Positions 49,568 to 59,908 of a stretch of 64,000 bases of DNA are shown here, in pieces; the stretch's first letter is position 1, and every line of letters starts with the position of its first letter. The position numbers and the translations under genes are program-made. Source of the stretch: an uncultured Solirubrobacteraceae bacterium (GTDB lineage Bacteria > Actinomycetota > Thermoleophilia > Solirubrobacterales > Solirubrobacteraceae); contig CAWKDW010000015.1 of NCBI GenBank assembly GCA_963848475.1, positions 70,095 to 134,094 of the forward strand, given 5' to 3'. The notes beneath the pieces were generated by a model. That model was not told the origin of the DNA, did not search any database, and worked only from the letters and a program-made list of their open reading frames with translations.

Positions 49568-50646
49568 GGCGATGATCCTAGAACCAGCCTCGCGGCCTGG
49601 GTCGCCATCTCGAGCTCCTCGTCGGTCGGGATGACGAGCACGGCGACCGCGGCGCCGTCGGGCGAGATGACGGTCTCGCCGGCCTCGTTGCGGATCGGGT
49701 CCACCGCGATCCCGAGCCGTTCGAGGCCCGCGAGCGAGCGGGCGCGCACGCGCGCGTCGTTCTCGCCGACCCCGGCGGTGAAGGCGATCGCGTCGGCGCC
49801 GCCCAGCGCAGCCAGATAGGCGCCGACGTACTTGCGGATCCGGTAGCAGTAGACGTCGAGCGCCAGTTCGGCCGCCGGGTCGCCCGCCGCGGCCCGGCGC
49901 TGGACCTCGCGCATGTCGTTGTCGCCGGCCAGCGCGAGCAGGCCGCTGCGCGAGTTCAGGACCGCGTCGATCTCGTCCGTGCTCAGGTTTCGCGTGCGGC
50001 GCAGGTGGAGCACGAGGGCCGGATCGACGTCGCCGGAGCGCGTGCCCATGACCAGGCCTTCGAGCGGCGTCAGCCCCATCGAGGTGTCGATGCTGCGCCC
50101 CCCGGAGACGGCGGCCGCGCTGGCGCCGTTGCCGAGGTGCAGGACGATCACGTTCGCATCGTCGCGGCCGAGCACGCGGCCGGCCTCGCGCGAGACGTAG
50201 GCGTGCGACGTGCCGTGGAAGCCGTAGCGGCGCACGCCCCAGGCGCGCGGCACGGCGTAGGTGTAGGCGCGCGGCGGCAGCGTGGCGTGGAACGCGGTGT
50301 CGAAGATCGCGACGTGCGGCAGCTCCGGGAAGCTGCGCCGGGCGACCTCGATCCCGTCCGCGTTGGCCGGGTTGTGCAGCGGCGCCAGGACCGCGAGGTC
50401 GCGGATCGCGGCCAGCACCGAGTCGTTGATCAGCGCCGGTGCCGAGAAGCGCTCGCCGCCGTGCACGACGCGGTGCGCGACGGCACCGAGGTCATCGACC
50501 GGCGCGTCGCGGAGCACGGCCTCGAGCGCCTCGGCGTGGTCGCGGACCTGCTGGACGGTCCCGGACCCGAGCGTGCGGCCCGACGCGCTGTCGACGACCG
50601 ACCATTTCAGCGACGAGGAGCCGCAGTTGACGACGAAGACCTTCAC
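49564..50646 (-). CDS. ackA: Acetate kinase
   Basis: VNCGSSSLK, HRVVHGG, DTAFH, YGFHGTSH, HLGNGAS, TSMGLTPLEG, PTDEEL. Confidence 0.96.
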   Translation of the reverse strand: MKVFVVNCGSSSLKWSVVDSASGRTLGSGTVQQVRDHAEALEAVLRDAPVDDLGAVAHRVVHGGERFSAPALINDSVLAAIRDLAVLAPLHNPANADGIEVARRSFPELPHVAIFDTAFHATLPPRAYTYAVPRAWGVRRYGFHGTSHAYVSREAGRVLGRDDANVIVLHLGNGASAAAVSGGRSIDTSMGLTPLEGLVMGTRSGDVDPALVLHLRRTRNLSTDEIDAVLNSRSGLLALAGDNDMREVQRRAAAGDPAAELALDVYCYRIRKYVGAYLAALGGADAIAFTAGVGENDARVRARSLAGLERLGIAVDPIRNEAGETVISPDGAAVAVLVIPTDEELEMATQAARLVLGSSP

Positions 50647-52686
50647 AGCGCCTGGATCGCGGTGATCGCGACGGTATTGACGATGTCGTGCACGGTCGCG
50701 CCGCGCGAGAGGTCGTTGACCGGCTGGTTGAGCCCCTGGAGCACCGGGCCGATGGCGATCGCCCCCGCGCTGCGCTGGACGGCCTTGTAGGTGTTGTTGC
50801 CCGTGTTGAGGTCCGGGAAGATGAAGACCGTCGCGCGCCCCGCGACGGCGCTCCCGGGCAGCTTCGTCCGGGCGACCGTCGCGTCGACGGCGGCGTCGTA
50901 CTGGATCGGGCCCTCGACCGACAGCGACGGCGCCCGCGAGCGCACCAGTTCGGTCGCCGTGCGCACCGTCTCGACCTCCGTGCCGTGGCCCGACGCGCCC
51001 GTCGAGTAGGAGAGCATCGCGATCCGCGGCTCGATCCCGAACTGCGCGGCGGTCTCGGCCGAGGAGATCGCGATGTCGGCCAGTTGCTCGGCCGTCGGGT
51101 GCGGGTTGACGGCGCAGTCGCCGTAGACGAGCACGCGGTCGGCGAGGCACATCAGGAAGACGCTGGAGACGATCGAGACGTCCGGGCGGGTCTTGACGAG
51201 CTCGAACGCGGGCCGGATCGTCTCGGCGGTCGTGTGCGTCGCGCCCGAGACCATCCCGTCGACCATCCCGAGCGCGACCATCAGCGTGCCGAAGTAGGAG
51301 ACGTCGCTGACCACGTCGCGTGCGGCGTCGACCGTCACGCCCCGGTGCGCGCGCCGCGTGGCGTACTCCTGCGCGAAGCGCTCGACCAGCACCGGATCGG
51401 TCGGATCGAGCACGTGCGCGCCGTAGAGGTCGAGGCCGAGCCGGCCCGCGGTTCCGCGGACCTCGGCCTCGGGACCGAGCAGCGTCAGCTCCACGACGCG
51501 CCGGCGCAGCAGGATGTCGGCCGCACGCAGCACGCGCTCGTCGGTGCCCTCCGGCAGCACGATGTGCCGCTGCTGCGGCCCGTGCGCGATCCAGCAGCGT
51601 GTACTCGAACATCAGCGGCGTCACCGCGATCGAACGGGAGACGTCGATGCGATCGAGCAGGTCGTCGCCGTCGACGTGGGTCTCGAAGAGCGCCAGCGCC
51701 TTCGTGATCTTGCGCGGCGTGGCCGCCGTGATCGCTCCCTCGCGTGCGCTGGCGAGCGAGACCGTCTCGTAGGTGTCGTGCTCGGTCAGCACGATCGGCG
51801 GCATCCCGCCGAACCCGCCGAGCGCGCCGAGGATCAGTTGCGGCGGCCGCATCCCGCCGGTCAGGACGACGCCCGCGGGGGAGGGGAGGTCGGTCGACGC
51901 GTGCGCGAACATCGCCGCCAGCAGCACGTCGGCGCGGTCGCCGGGCGTGATCAGCACGGTGCCCTCGGTGATCCGCTCCATCAGGTTCGGCAGCGTCATC
52001 GCCGCGACGGTGAGGCTCAGCGCCTCGCGCCCCAGCAAATCCGGGTTGCCCGCGATCATCTCGCCGTGGCAGGCCGCCGCGACCTGGCCGACCGTCGGCG
52101 CCATCAGCAGGTCGACCTCCGGGATCGCGAAGACCGGGACCTCGCCGCCCGCGACGACGGCCTCGAGGTTGAAGGCCTGCACGCGGTTGGCGACGACGCC
52201 GACGACGTGGCAGCCGACGCCGCGCCAGGTCGTCAGCGCGACCGACGTGGCGGTACGGACCTCGGCCGGGGTGCGCTCATGCCCCGAGACGACGAGCAGC
52301 GCGGACAGGCCGAGATTCAGGGCCACGCGGGCGTTGAAGGCCAGCTCGCTCGCGGTTCCGGCGCCCGCGAAGTCGGTGCCGATGACCAGAACGCCGTCGC
52401 ACTGGGCGGCCAGCGCCCGGTAGCGCGCGACGATCTCCTCCAGCGCGCGCGCCTCGTCGGCGCGGACGTCCTCGTAGCCGACGCCGCAAGAGGCCTCATA
52501 CGGCAGCAGCGCGCTGCCGAGCGGCCGCAGCAGGTCGAGCAGCGGGTCGTGCCCAGGGTCGGCGACGACCGGCCGGAAGATGCCGAGGCGCTCCACGCGG
52601 CGCGTCAGCAGCTGCTGGACGCCGAGCGCGATCGCGGACTTGCCGGTCGCCGGCTCGCAGCCGGCCACGTAGATGCCGGGCGTCAT
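50643..52686 (-). CDS. pta: Phosphate acetyltransferase (long form with DRTGG domain); frameshift near 51580
   Basis: TGKSAIALG, ITPGDRAD, LTGG, VLPEG, DGMVSGA, EGPIQYDAA, FPDLNTGNNTYKAVQR, NDLSRG. Confidence 0.95.
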
Positions 52687-52699
52687 GGCCGGGAGCGTC

Positions 52700-52915
52700 T
52701 CAGGTCAGGCGCACGGACGCTTCGCCGGCCGCGACCACGTCGCCCGGGACCAGCTGGCGCCCGCGGCGCGTCTCGACGTCGCCGTTGACGGACACCAGGC
52801 CCTCGGCGAGGACGAGCTTGGCCTCGCCGCCCGTCTCCACGAGGCCGGCCGCCTTCAGCAGCTGCCCCAGCCGGATCATGCCGTCACGTGCGTGGAACTC
52901 GTCGATGGCCACCAT
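52700..52915 (-). CDS. RNA-binding S4 domain protein (YbcJ-like)
   Basis: IRLGQLLKAAGLVETGGEAK...VNGDVETRRGRQL. Confidence 0.9.
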   Translation of the reverse strand: MVAIDEFHARDGMIRLGQLLKAAGLVETGGEAKLVLAEGLVSVNGDVETRRGRQLVPGDVVAAGEASVRLT

Positions 52916-52931
52916 GATGACGGGTGAGACC

Positions 52932-53852
52932 ATGGAACTGAGACATCTGCGCTATTTCGTCGCCGTCGCCGAAGAGCTGCACTTCCGCCGCGCGGCGGAG
53001 CGGCTGCACATGTCCCAGCCGCCGCTCAGCCAGCAGATCCGCCAGCTCGAGGAGGAGGTCGGCGCGACGCTGCTGCTGCGCAACCAGCGCAAGGTCGAGC
53101 TGACCGCCGCGGGGGCGGCGTTCCTCGTCAGCGCGCGTGAGATCCTCGCCGCGGTCGAGGACGCCGCGCGGCAGGCGCGGCGTGTGCAGCGCGGCGAGGT
53201 CGGGCGTCTCGCCGTCGGGTTCGTCGGCTCGGCCATGTACTCGTTCGTGCCCGAGCTGCTGCGCGCGTTTCGCGTGCAGGCGCCGGACATCGCGCTGCGG
53301 CTGCACGAGATGGGCACGACCGAGCAGCTGCGCCAGCTCGACGACGGCCGCCTCGACGTCGGCTTCCTGCGCACGCCCGGCCGCTGGCCCGGGATCGCGT
53401 TCGAGACCGTGCTCGAGGAGCCGGTGGTGGTGGCGCTGCCGGACGTGCATCCGCTCGCCAAGCGCTCGCTGCTGCGGCTGGTGGACATCGAGGGCGAGGA
53501 TCTCGTGCTGCTCACGCCGGCCGGCTCGCCGGGTCTGCGCGCGGCGCTGTCCGACGCGATCGCCGCGCTCGGCGGCGAGGACCGGATCGCTCAGGAGGTG
53601 GCGGAGATGCAGACGGTGATCGGCCTGGTGGCCGCGGGCGTCGGCATTTCGCTGGTGCCGGAGTCGGTGCGCGCGCTCGATCGGCCGGGGGTGACCTATC
53701 GGGCGCTGGAGGGCGGCACTCCCGCTCTGAAGCTGGAGATGGCCTACCGCGCCGCGGACGGCTCGCCGGTCCTCACCGCGTTCCTGGAGAAGGCACGCGC
53801 GGCGGCCCCCGCCGAAGGAGAGAGAGGTCGGCGAGGGCCTGCACGCAATTGA
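52932..53852 (+). CDS. LysR family transcriptional regulator
   Basis: MELRHLRYFVAVAEELHFRRAAERLHMSQPPLSQQIRQLE. Confidence 0.95.
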   Translation: MELRHLRYFVAVAEELHFRRAAERLHMSQPPLSQQIRQLEEEVGATLLLRNQRKVELTAAGAAFLVSAREILAAVEDAARQARRVQRGEVGRLAVGFVGSAMYSFVPELLRAFRVQAPDIALRLHEMGTTEQLRQLDDGRLDVGFLRTPGRWPGIAFETVLEEPVVVALPDVHPLAKRSLLRLVDIEGEDLVLLTPAGSPGLRAALSDAIAALGGEDRIAQEVAEMQTVIGLVAAGVGISLVPESVRALDRPGVTYRALEGGTPALKLEMAYRAADGSPVLTAFLEKARAAAPAEGERGRRGPARN

Positions 53853-53924
53853 CGTCGCCTCGACCCCGGGGAGGAGAGATATGTGTCCGGAGCCGCTGCG
53901 AGGTGGGGAGCCACCAAGTCGTCG
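53800..53924 (-). ncRNA. Candidate sRNA with three hairpins displaying CUCC anti-SD loops
   Basis: Hairpins at 53902-53915, 53863-53893 and 53804-53839. Plus-strand C-A mismatches become G-U on the minus strand. A minus-strand promoter lies upstream. Confidence 0.55.
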
Positions 53925-53930
53925 AGCAGG

Positions 53931-53959
53931 ACTCTAGGGCGACCCTGGTGATTGGTCCA
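53931..53959 (-). promoter_or_regulatory. Sigma70-type promoter TGGACC-N17-TAGAGT
   Basis: Minus-strand -35 at 53959-53954 and -10 at 53936-53931; the -35 lies within the palindrome ATTGGTCCAAT. Confidence 0.55.
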
Positions 53960-54091
53960 ATATCGAGTTTGCCGGTCAGTGATAGCTAGAGCGACACATC
54001 AACACCCTGTTCATCCAACACTCATGTTGTAGGTTCGGCGCAGAGGCGTGACGGTACGGATCGCCGGGCGCCGTGAGCAAGAGGGGTTTGG

Positions 54092-56026
54092 ATGCGAGGA
54101 CGGTCCTGGACCGCCATCGGCGGTGTGTTCCTGAGTTTGGCGCTGTGCGGTACGGCGAGCGCCCAGTTCTCGCCGGGGGCTCGCACCCTCGGGGATCCGT
54201 ACCTGCCGCACGCCGGCAACGGCGGGTACGACGCGCAGCACTACGACCTGACGATCGCCTACGACCCGCTCGCTCACTCGATGAACTCGAGCGCCAAGCT
54301 GACGCTGCGGGCGACGCAGGGGCTCTCCGAGTTCGCGCTGGACTTCGTCGGCTACTACGCGATCAGCTCCGTCAAGGTCAACGGCGCCGACGCGGCGTTC
54401 ACGCGCGACATCGACGCGGCGGCGTTCAAGCACAAGCTCGTGATCACGCCGGCCGCCGGCATCGCCAACGCCAGCACCTTCACCGTCGACGTCGCCTACA
54501 GCGGCACGCCGCAGAACTTCGTCGACCCCGACGGCTCGCTCGAGGGCTTCATGCGGTCGACGCAGACGCTGGGCGCATTCGTCATGAACGAGCCGATCGG
54601 CGCGATGGGCTGGTTCCCGAACAACAACCACCCGCGTGACAAGGCGACCTTCGACTTCCACCTGACGGCGCCGAACGCCTACAGCACCGCCGGCAACGGC
54701 GAGCTGGCGTCCAAGGTCGCCAACGGCGACGGGACCTCGACCTGGCACTGGCACCTCGGCTACCCGATGGCGAGCTACCTGTCGACGTCGACGGTCGGCA
54801 TCTTCGACTACATCGAGGGCGTCGGGGCGACCGCGCTCGGCGCCGGCGGCCAGCCGCTGAAGACCTACAGCTACATCGAGACGGCGCTCTCGGCGAACAC
54901 GAAGGCGTCGAACACGACGAACATCGCCCGTCAGGACGCGATCGTGAAGTTCATCGCCGACACGATCGGCGCGCCCTATCCGTTCGACTCGCACGGCGTG
55001 GTCGCCGGCCGCGCGCCGTCGGGCGGCACCTACGCGCTCGAGGTGCAGACCAAGTCGCACTTCGGCTCGGGCTCGGTCAACATCGGCACGCTCGCGCACG
55101 AGATCGCCCACCAGTGGTTCGGCGACAGCGTCGGCCCCGCGACCTGGCGCGAGATCTGGTTCAACGAGGGCTGGGCGACGTGGTGGGCCACGTACTGGTC
55201 CAACAAGCAGAACGGCAGCGCGACGACGAACCTCTCGTCGTTCAACTCCAACTACGACTCGACCTCGCAGCCCACGCGCTGGAACACCCCGCCCGCCGGG
55301 CTTGGCGGTCCGGACGAGCTCTTCGACACCTTCCCCGTTTACACGCGGCCGTCGATGATGCTCGAGTCCTACCACCAGATCGTCGGTGACACGGCCTTCT
55401 TCGCGTTCCAGAAGGCACTCGCCACCGAGCACGCCTACAGCACGGTCAGCCAGGCGCAGTTCGTCGCGCTGGCCAAGCGCATCGCGGCCGAGAAGGCCGG
55501 CTTCGAGGCCTCCAACCTCGGCAAGCTCGACCTGTTCTTCGACCAATGGCTCAACCTCGCCGGCAAGCCGCCGCTCACGCATCGGAACTTCTTCCTGAGC
55601 ACGACGGTGCCGGGTGTTCCCGTCGGGGGCACGGTGCCGGCGACGCTGTCGCTGTCGCTCGGCGCGGCGGCCGGCTTCGGCCAGTTCACACCCGGCGTGA
55701 CGCGGACCTACACCGCCTCCACCTCCGCCAACGTGGTCTCGACCGCCGGCGACGCGACGCTGTCGGTCGCGGACCCGAGCGCGACTGCCCCGGGACATCT
55801 CGTCAACGGCGCGTTCGCGCTCGCGCAGCCGCTTCAGGCCAAGGCCAACACGGGCACTCCCGCGGCCGTCAGCGGCACGCCGCTGACGCTGCTCACGTAC
55901 GCCGCGCCGGTCAGCAATGACGCGGTCACCCTCACGTTCGACCAGACGATCGGGGCCGGCGATCCGCTGCGCACCGGCACCTACAGCAAGACACTGACCT
56001 ACACGCTGAGCACGACGACGCCGTGA
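54092..56026 (+). CDS. Secreted M1 family zinc aminopeptidase with C-terminal WxL-like domain
   Basis: Signal peptide; GDPYLP...GNGGYD, HEIAHQWFGDSV...WFNEG; C-terminal VGGTVPATLSL...GTYSKTLTYTLSTTTP. Confidence 0.92.
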   Translation: MRGRSWTAIGGVFLSLALCGTASAQFSPGARTLGDPYLPHAGNGGYDAQHYDLTIAYDPLAHSMNSSAKLTLRATQGLSEFALDFVGYYAISSVKVNGADAAFTRDIDAAAFKHKLVITPAAGIANASTFTVDVAYSGTPQNFVDPDGSLEGFMRSTQTLGAFVMNEPIGAMGWFPNNNHPRDKATFDFHLTAPNAYSTAGNGELASKVANGDGTSTWHWHLGYPMASYLSTSTVGIFDYIEGVGATALGAGGQPLKTYSYIETALSANTKASNTTNIARQDAIVKFIADTIGAPYPFDSHGVVAGRAPSGGTYALEVQTKSHFGSGSVNIGTLAHEIAHQWFGDSVGPATWREIWFNEGWATWWATYWSNKQNGSATTNLSSFNSNYDSTSQPTRWNTPPAGLGGPDELFDTFPVYTRPSMMLESYHQIVGDTAFFAFQKALATEHAYSTVSQAQFVALAKRIAAEKAGFEASNLGKLDLFFDQWLNLAGKPPLTHRNFFLSTTVPGVPVGGTVPATLSLSLGAAAGFGQFTPGVTRTYTASTSANVVSTAGDATLSVADPSATAPGHLVNGAFALAQPLQAKANTGTPAAVSGTPLTLLTYAAPVSNDAVTLTFDQTIGAGDPLRTGTYSKTLTYTLSTTTP

Positions 56027-56089
56027 TGTAACCGCCGCCCGAGGTCCGAGCTTGCGAGGACGGAGCGCGAAACCGCTATTTGTTCGCGA

Positions 56090-57100
56090 ATGCTTACGAG
56101 CCTCGTGGGGTCCTACCCGCAGCCTCAGTGGCTGCTCGATCGCGAGAAGCTGCGGGGGCGTCAGCCCCCGCGGATTCGCGCGGCCGACTTCTGGCGCGTC
56201 GAGGAACCGTTCCTCGAGGAGGCGCAGGACGCGGCGACGCTGGCCGCGATCCGCGACCAGGAGCGCGCGGGGCTCGACATCATCACCGACGGCGAGATCC
56301 GGCGCGAGAGCTACTCCAACCGGGTCGCCACGGCGCTCGGCGGCGTCGACGTCGACAACCCGGGGGAGACGCTGGACCGCAACGGCAACCCGTTCCCGGT
56401 TCCGCGCATCGTCGGGCCGATCACGCGCGCCGAGCCGATCCTGCTGCGCGACGCCGAGTTCCTGCGCGCGAACACGCGGCGGCTGACCAAGGTGACGATC
56501 CCCGGCCCGTTCACGATGGCCCAGCAGGCGCAGAACGACTTCTATGCGGGCGAGCGCGACGTCGCGTTCGCGTTCGCCGACGTCGTGCGCGCCGAGATCG
56601 AGGACCTGTTCGCCGCCGGCATCGACGTCGTGCAGCTCGACGAGCCGTGGATGGAGTCGCGGGCCGACCAGGCGCGCGACTACGGCATCGAGACGCTGCG
56701 GCGTGCGCTCGACGGCGTCACCGGCACGACCGCGCTGCATATCTGCTTCGGCTATCCGCTGTTCGTGCCCGGCCACAAGCGCGAGTACCGCTTCCTGGCC
56801 GAGCTCGCCGACGCGCCGGTCGATCAGATCTCGATCGAGAGCGCGCAGGCGGAGCTGGACCTCGAGGTGCTCTCGCAGCTCGAGGGCAAGACGATCATCC
56901 TCGGCGTGATCGCGCTCGATTCCGACGAGGTCGAGAGCGCCGAGACCGTCGCCGCCCGGCTGCGCCGGGCGCTTCCCTACACACAGAACCTGATCGCCGC
57001 GCCCGACTGCGGCATGAAGTACCTCTCGCGGGAGGCGGCGCTCGGGAAGCTCCAGTCGCTCGTCGCGGGCGCGAAGGCCGTCTCAGAAGAGCTTGGCTGA
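56090..57100 (+). CDS. Cobalamin-independent methionine synthase catalytic-domain (MetE-like/UROD superfamily) protein
   Basis: VGSYPQP, ITDGEIRRESY, VQLDEP, HICFG, APDCG zinc ligands. Confidence 0.88.
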   Translation: MLTSLVGSYPQPQWLLDREKLRGRQPPRIRAADFWRVEEPFLEEAQDAATLAAIRDQERAGLDIITDGEIRRESYSNRVATALGGVDVDNPGETLDRNGNPFPVPRIVGPITRAEPILLRDAEFLRANTRRLTKVTIPGPFTMAQQAQNDFYAGERDVAFAFADVVRAEIEDLFAAGIDVVQLDEPWMESRADQARDYGIETLRRALDGVTGTTALHICFGYPLFVPGHKREYRFLAELADAPVDQISIESAQAELDLEVLSQLEGKTIILGVIALDSDEVESAETVAARLRRALPYTQNLIAAPDCGMKYLSREAALGKLQSLVAGAKAVSEELG

Positions 57101-58222
57101 GGCGAGCGCCGCACCTTCGGACAGCGCGGCGAACTTGGCCCAGACGACGTCGGGGTCGACCGCGGCCTGTCCGACCCAGGTCCCGTAGCCGCAGTCGCTG
57201 CCGGCGAGGACGTTCTCCGCGCCGACGAGGTCCGCGTAGCGGCGGATCCGCTGCGCGATCAGCTCCGGGTGCTCGATGAAGTTGGCCTTGGACTCGAGCA
57301 CGCCCGGGATCAGGATCTTGCCGTCGGGCAGCTTGACGTCCTCGAAGATCTGCCACTCGTGCGCGTGGCGCGGGTTGGCGGCCTCGAAGGCGATCGCGTT
57401 CGGGCGTGCCGTGAAGACGAGGTCGACGATGTCCTTGAAGGGCACGTCGCAGTGGTGGGGGCCCTCGTAGTTGCCCCAGCAGACGTGCATGCGCAGCAGG
57501 TCGGGGTCGATGTTCGCGGTCGCGTGGTTGAGCGCGTCGATGTTCAGCCGCGCCTCGGCGCGGAAGTCCTCGAGCGAGCGGTCGGCGAACTGGATGTGGC
57601 GGCCCATCGCGAGGTCCGGGCAGTCGATCTGCAGCAGCAGCCCGGCTCCGGTGACGGCCTCGTACTCCACGCGCATCGCCTCGGCGATCGCGAACACGTA
57701 CTCCTCGCGCGTGGCGTAGTGGTCGTTGCGGAAGAAGAGCGCGATCACGCCGGGGGACGCGGCGTTGAGGAACGCCTCCTGGCCCGCGGGCAGCGCGGCC
57801 GTGAGGTGGTCGACGTCGACCGCGGCCGCCTCGGGGTCGCGGACGGCGATCGGCCCGTCGCAGGCCGGCAGCCGGCGCCGCGAGCGGCCGGGGTCCCCGA
57901 ACACCTTGCGGTGCAGGACCGGGAAGTCGTCGAGGTCGGAGTAGGTCTCCACCGGATGGCTCTCGCCGCCGAAGCCGTCGAGACGATCGATCACGTAGGT
58001 GACGTAGCTCGGTTTGCTCATCTCGCCGTCGGAGACGACGTCGACGCCCGCCGCGAGCTGCTTGGCGACGGTCTCGGCCACTGCGGCGCGCGTGCGGACC
58101 TCGAGCGCGACGGGGTCGACGGGTACGCCCTCCTGTTTGGCGAACATCGTCCGGATCAGGTCGTCGGGCCGCGGGAGGCTGCCGACGTGGGTGGTGAGGA
58201 TGCGTTGCGTGCTGCGTTTCAT
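57083..58222 (-). CDS. Cobalamin-independent methionine synthase II family protein
   Basis: TTHVGSLPRP, VSDGE, LQIDCP, HVCWGNYEGPH, FEAANPRH, GSDCG. Confidence 0.9.
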   Translation of the reverse strand: MKRSTQRILTTHVGSLPRPDDLIRTMFAKQEGVPVDPVALEVRTRAAVAETVAKQLAAGVDVVSDGEMSKPSYVTYVIDRLDGFGGESHPVETYSDLDDFPVLHRKVFGDPGRSRRRLPACDGPIAVRDPEAAAVDVDHLTAALPAGQEAFLNAASPGVIALFFRNDHYATREEYVFAIAEAMRVEYEAVTGAGLLLQIDCPDLAMGRHIQFADRSLEDFRAEARLNIDALNHATANIDPDLLRMHVCWGNYEGPHHCDVPFKDIVDLVFTARPNAIAFEAANPRHAHEWQIFEDVKLPDGKILIPGVLESKANFIEHPELIAQRIRRYADLVGAENVLAGSDCGYGTWVGQAAVDPDVVWAKFAALSEGAALASAKLF

Positions 58223-58857
58223 AGCCTTGAGGCGACGTGCTCGACCGTGTTCTCCAGGTGCTCGCGCGTGGCCGCGGCAGCGCGCCGCGGATCGCGCTCG
58301 ATGCACGCGGCGAGGATCGCGCGGTGCTCGTGGTCGAGCCGGATCGCCGGGAAGTCGTCGGCCGCGCGGTAGATGTGCAGGTAGGCGCTCGACGCGTCGC
58401 GCAGGGCCGCGATCATCGCGACCAGCTGGGCGCGGCCGGAGTGCTCGTAGAGCGTCGTGTGGAAGCGCTGGTTGAGTGCGATGTACCTCGCGGCGGGGAT
58501 GTCGTCGCGCATCTGATCGAGCATCGCGGCGAGCGGCGGCGCCCACGCGGGCTCGAAGTGCTCCGCGGTCTTGGCGGCGGCCAGCGCCTCGAGCGCGGCG
58601 CGGATCTCGTAGTGGTGGCGCAGGTCGTCGAGGCTCGGCAGGAAGACGACGGCGCCGCGCTGGGGATGCAGGCGCACGAGCCCCTCGCGCTGCAGCGTCG
58701 CCAGCGCCTCGCGCACCGGCGTCGTGCTGACGCCGAAGCGCTGCGCGATCTCCACCTGGCGCAGGCGGCTCCCCGCGACGCGCTCACCGGCGAGAATCTC
58801 GCTCTTGAGGCGCTCGGCCACCTGGCCGGCGATCGTCCGCGGGGCGGTCAGCGTCAT
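58219..58857 (-). CDS. GntR family (FCD) transcriptional regulator
   Basis: IAQRFGVSTTPVREAL, NQRFH, EHRAIL, EHL. Confidence 0.92.
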   Translation of the reverse strand: MTLTAPRTIAGQVAERLKSEILAGERVAGSRLRQVEIAQRFGVSTTPVREALATLQREGLVRLHPQRGAVVFLPSLDDLRHHYEIRAALEALAAAKTAEHFEPAWAPPLAAMLDQMRDDIPAARYIALNQRFHTTLYEHSGRAQLVAMIAALRDASSAYLHIYRAADDFPAIRLDHEHRAILAACIERDPRRAAAATREHLENTVEHVASRL

Positions 58858-58924
58858 TCGTGCGTCAGTATTGACGGCGAATTTCGATTGTGCAAATTTT
58901 CCCGGTGACGAACGAGGAGATCGC

Positions 58925-59908
58925 ATGAAACAACCGCTCAAGGGACCGCATCACTTCACCGGCGTCACGCGCGACGTGAAGACCAACGTGGACTTCTGGT
59001 GCCGGGTCATGGGACTGCGGTTCGTCAAGAACACGCTGAACTTCGAGACGACGTTCCGCTACCACACGTACTTCGGTGACGAAGAGGGCAACCCCGGCAG
59101 CGTCGTCACCTTCCTCGAGTTCAACGAGGCCCCGGTCGGCGTCGCCGGCGACGGTGACATCCACCGGATGGTGCTGCGCGTCGCCTCCTACGACTCGCTC
59201 GAGTACTGGATGGACCGGCTGATCGCCAACCAGCGCCACAGCGAGCTGCTGCGCCTCGACCCGACCTCGCCGCAGTCGCTGGTCTTCCACGACCCCGAGG
59301 GGCACGAGGTCGAGCTGATGGTCTCCGACACGCCGGACACGCCGCTGCTGGCCGACGCCGACGACATCCCGGCCGAGCACCGCATCCGCGGCCTCGAGGG
59401 CGCGCGCTCGTACACGACGATCGAGGAGCAGGCCCCGTTCGCCGCGCACCTCGGCTTCCGCGTCGACGGCAACCGGCTCGTGCTCGACGGCGAGCGCTCC
59501 GGCCGCTGGTACTTCTCGGCCCCGACCGGGCGCCCGTCCAACGACGGCATGGTCGGCGTCTGGCACCACATCGCCTATGACGCCGGTGACGGCGCGGAGA
59601 CCCAGCGCGCCCGCGACGAGGCCAACGAGGGCCTGCGTCCGTGGACGAAGATCTTCGACCACTACTTCTTCGACTCGTGCTACACGATGTCGCCGGGTGG
59701 AAGGATGGAGATCTGCACCAGCGGGCCCGGGTTTCAACTCGACGAGAAGCTCGAAGACCTCGGGGACCGGCTCTGTCTCTCGCCTCGAGTGGAGCCGCTT
59801 CGCGCCAAGCTCGAAGCCGAGCTGACGCCGATCGTCAACCCGCGGCCGCGCTACCAAGGCCAAGGCGCCCAAGCCGGAGCCTGCGACCGTCGCCTGACGT
59901 CACCCTGA
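58925..59908 (+). CDS. VOC family ring-cleaving dioxygenase (MhqO-like); 3' end uncertain
   Basis: GPHHFTG, YHTYFGDEEGNPGSVVTF, FHDPEGHEVEL, GVWHHIAY, YFFDSCY, GPGF; RBS GAGGAG. Confidence 0.85.
   Translation: MKQPLKGPHHFTGVTRDVKTNVDFWCRVMGLRFVKNTLNFETTFRYHTYFGDEEGNPGSVVTFLEFNEAPVGVAGDGDIHRMVLRVASYDSLEYWMDRLIANQRHSELLRLDPTSPQSLVFHDPEGHEVELMVSDTPDTPLLADADDIPAEHRIRGLEGARSYTTIEEQAPFAAHLGFRVDGNRLVLDGERSGRWYFSAPTGRPSNDGMVGVWHHIAYDAGDGAETQRARDEANEGLRPWTKIFDHYFFDSCYTMSPGGRMEICTSGPGFQLDEKLEDLGDRLCLSPRVEPLRAKLEAELTPIVNPRPRYQGQGAQAGACDRRLTSP

Noticed and set aside
49564-52686. 1040-aa Pta-AckA fusion ORF
   Set aside because: Artefact of the pta frameshift; pta and ackA are separate genes overlapping at GTGA.
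53881-53937. 18-aa plus-strand ORF MCPEPLRGGEPPSRRAGL after GGAGG
   Set aside because: Atypical codons; the apparent RBS is better explained as the complement of the sRNA anti-SD loop.
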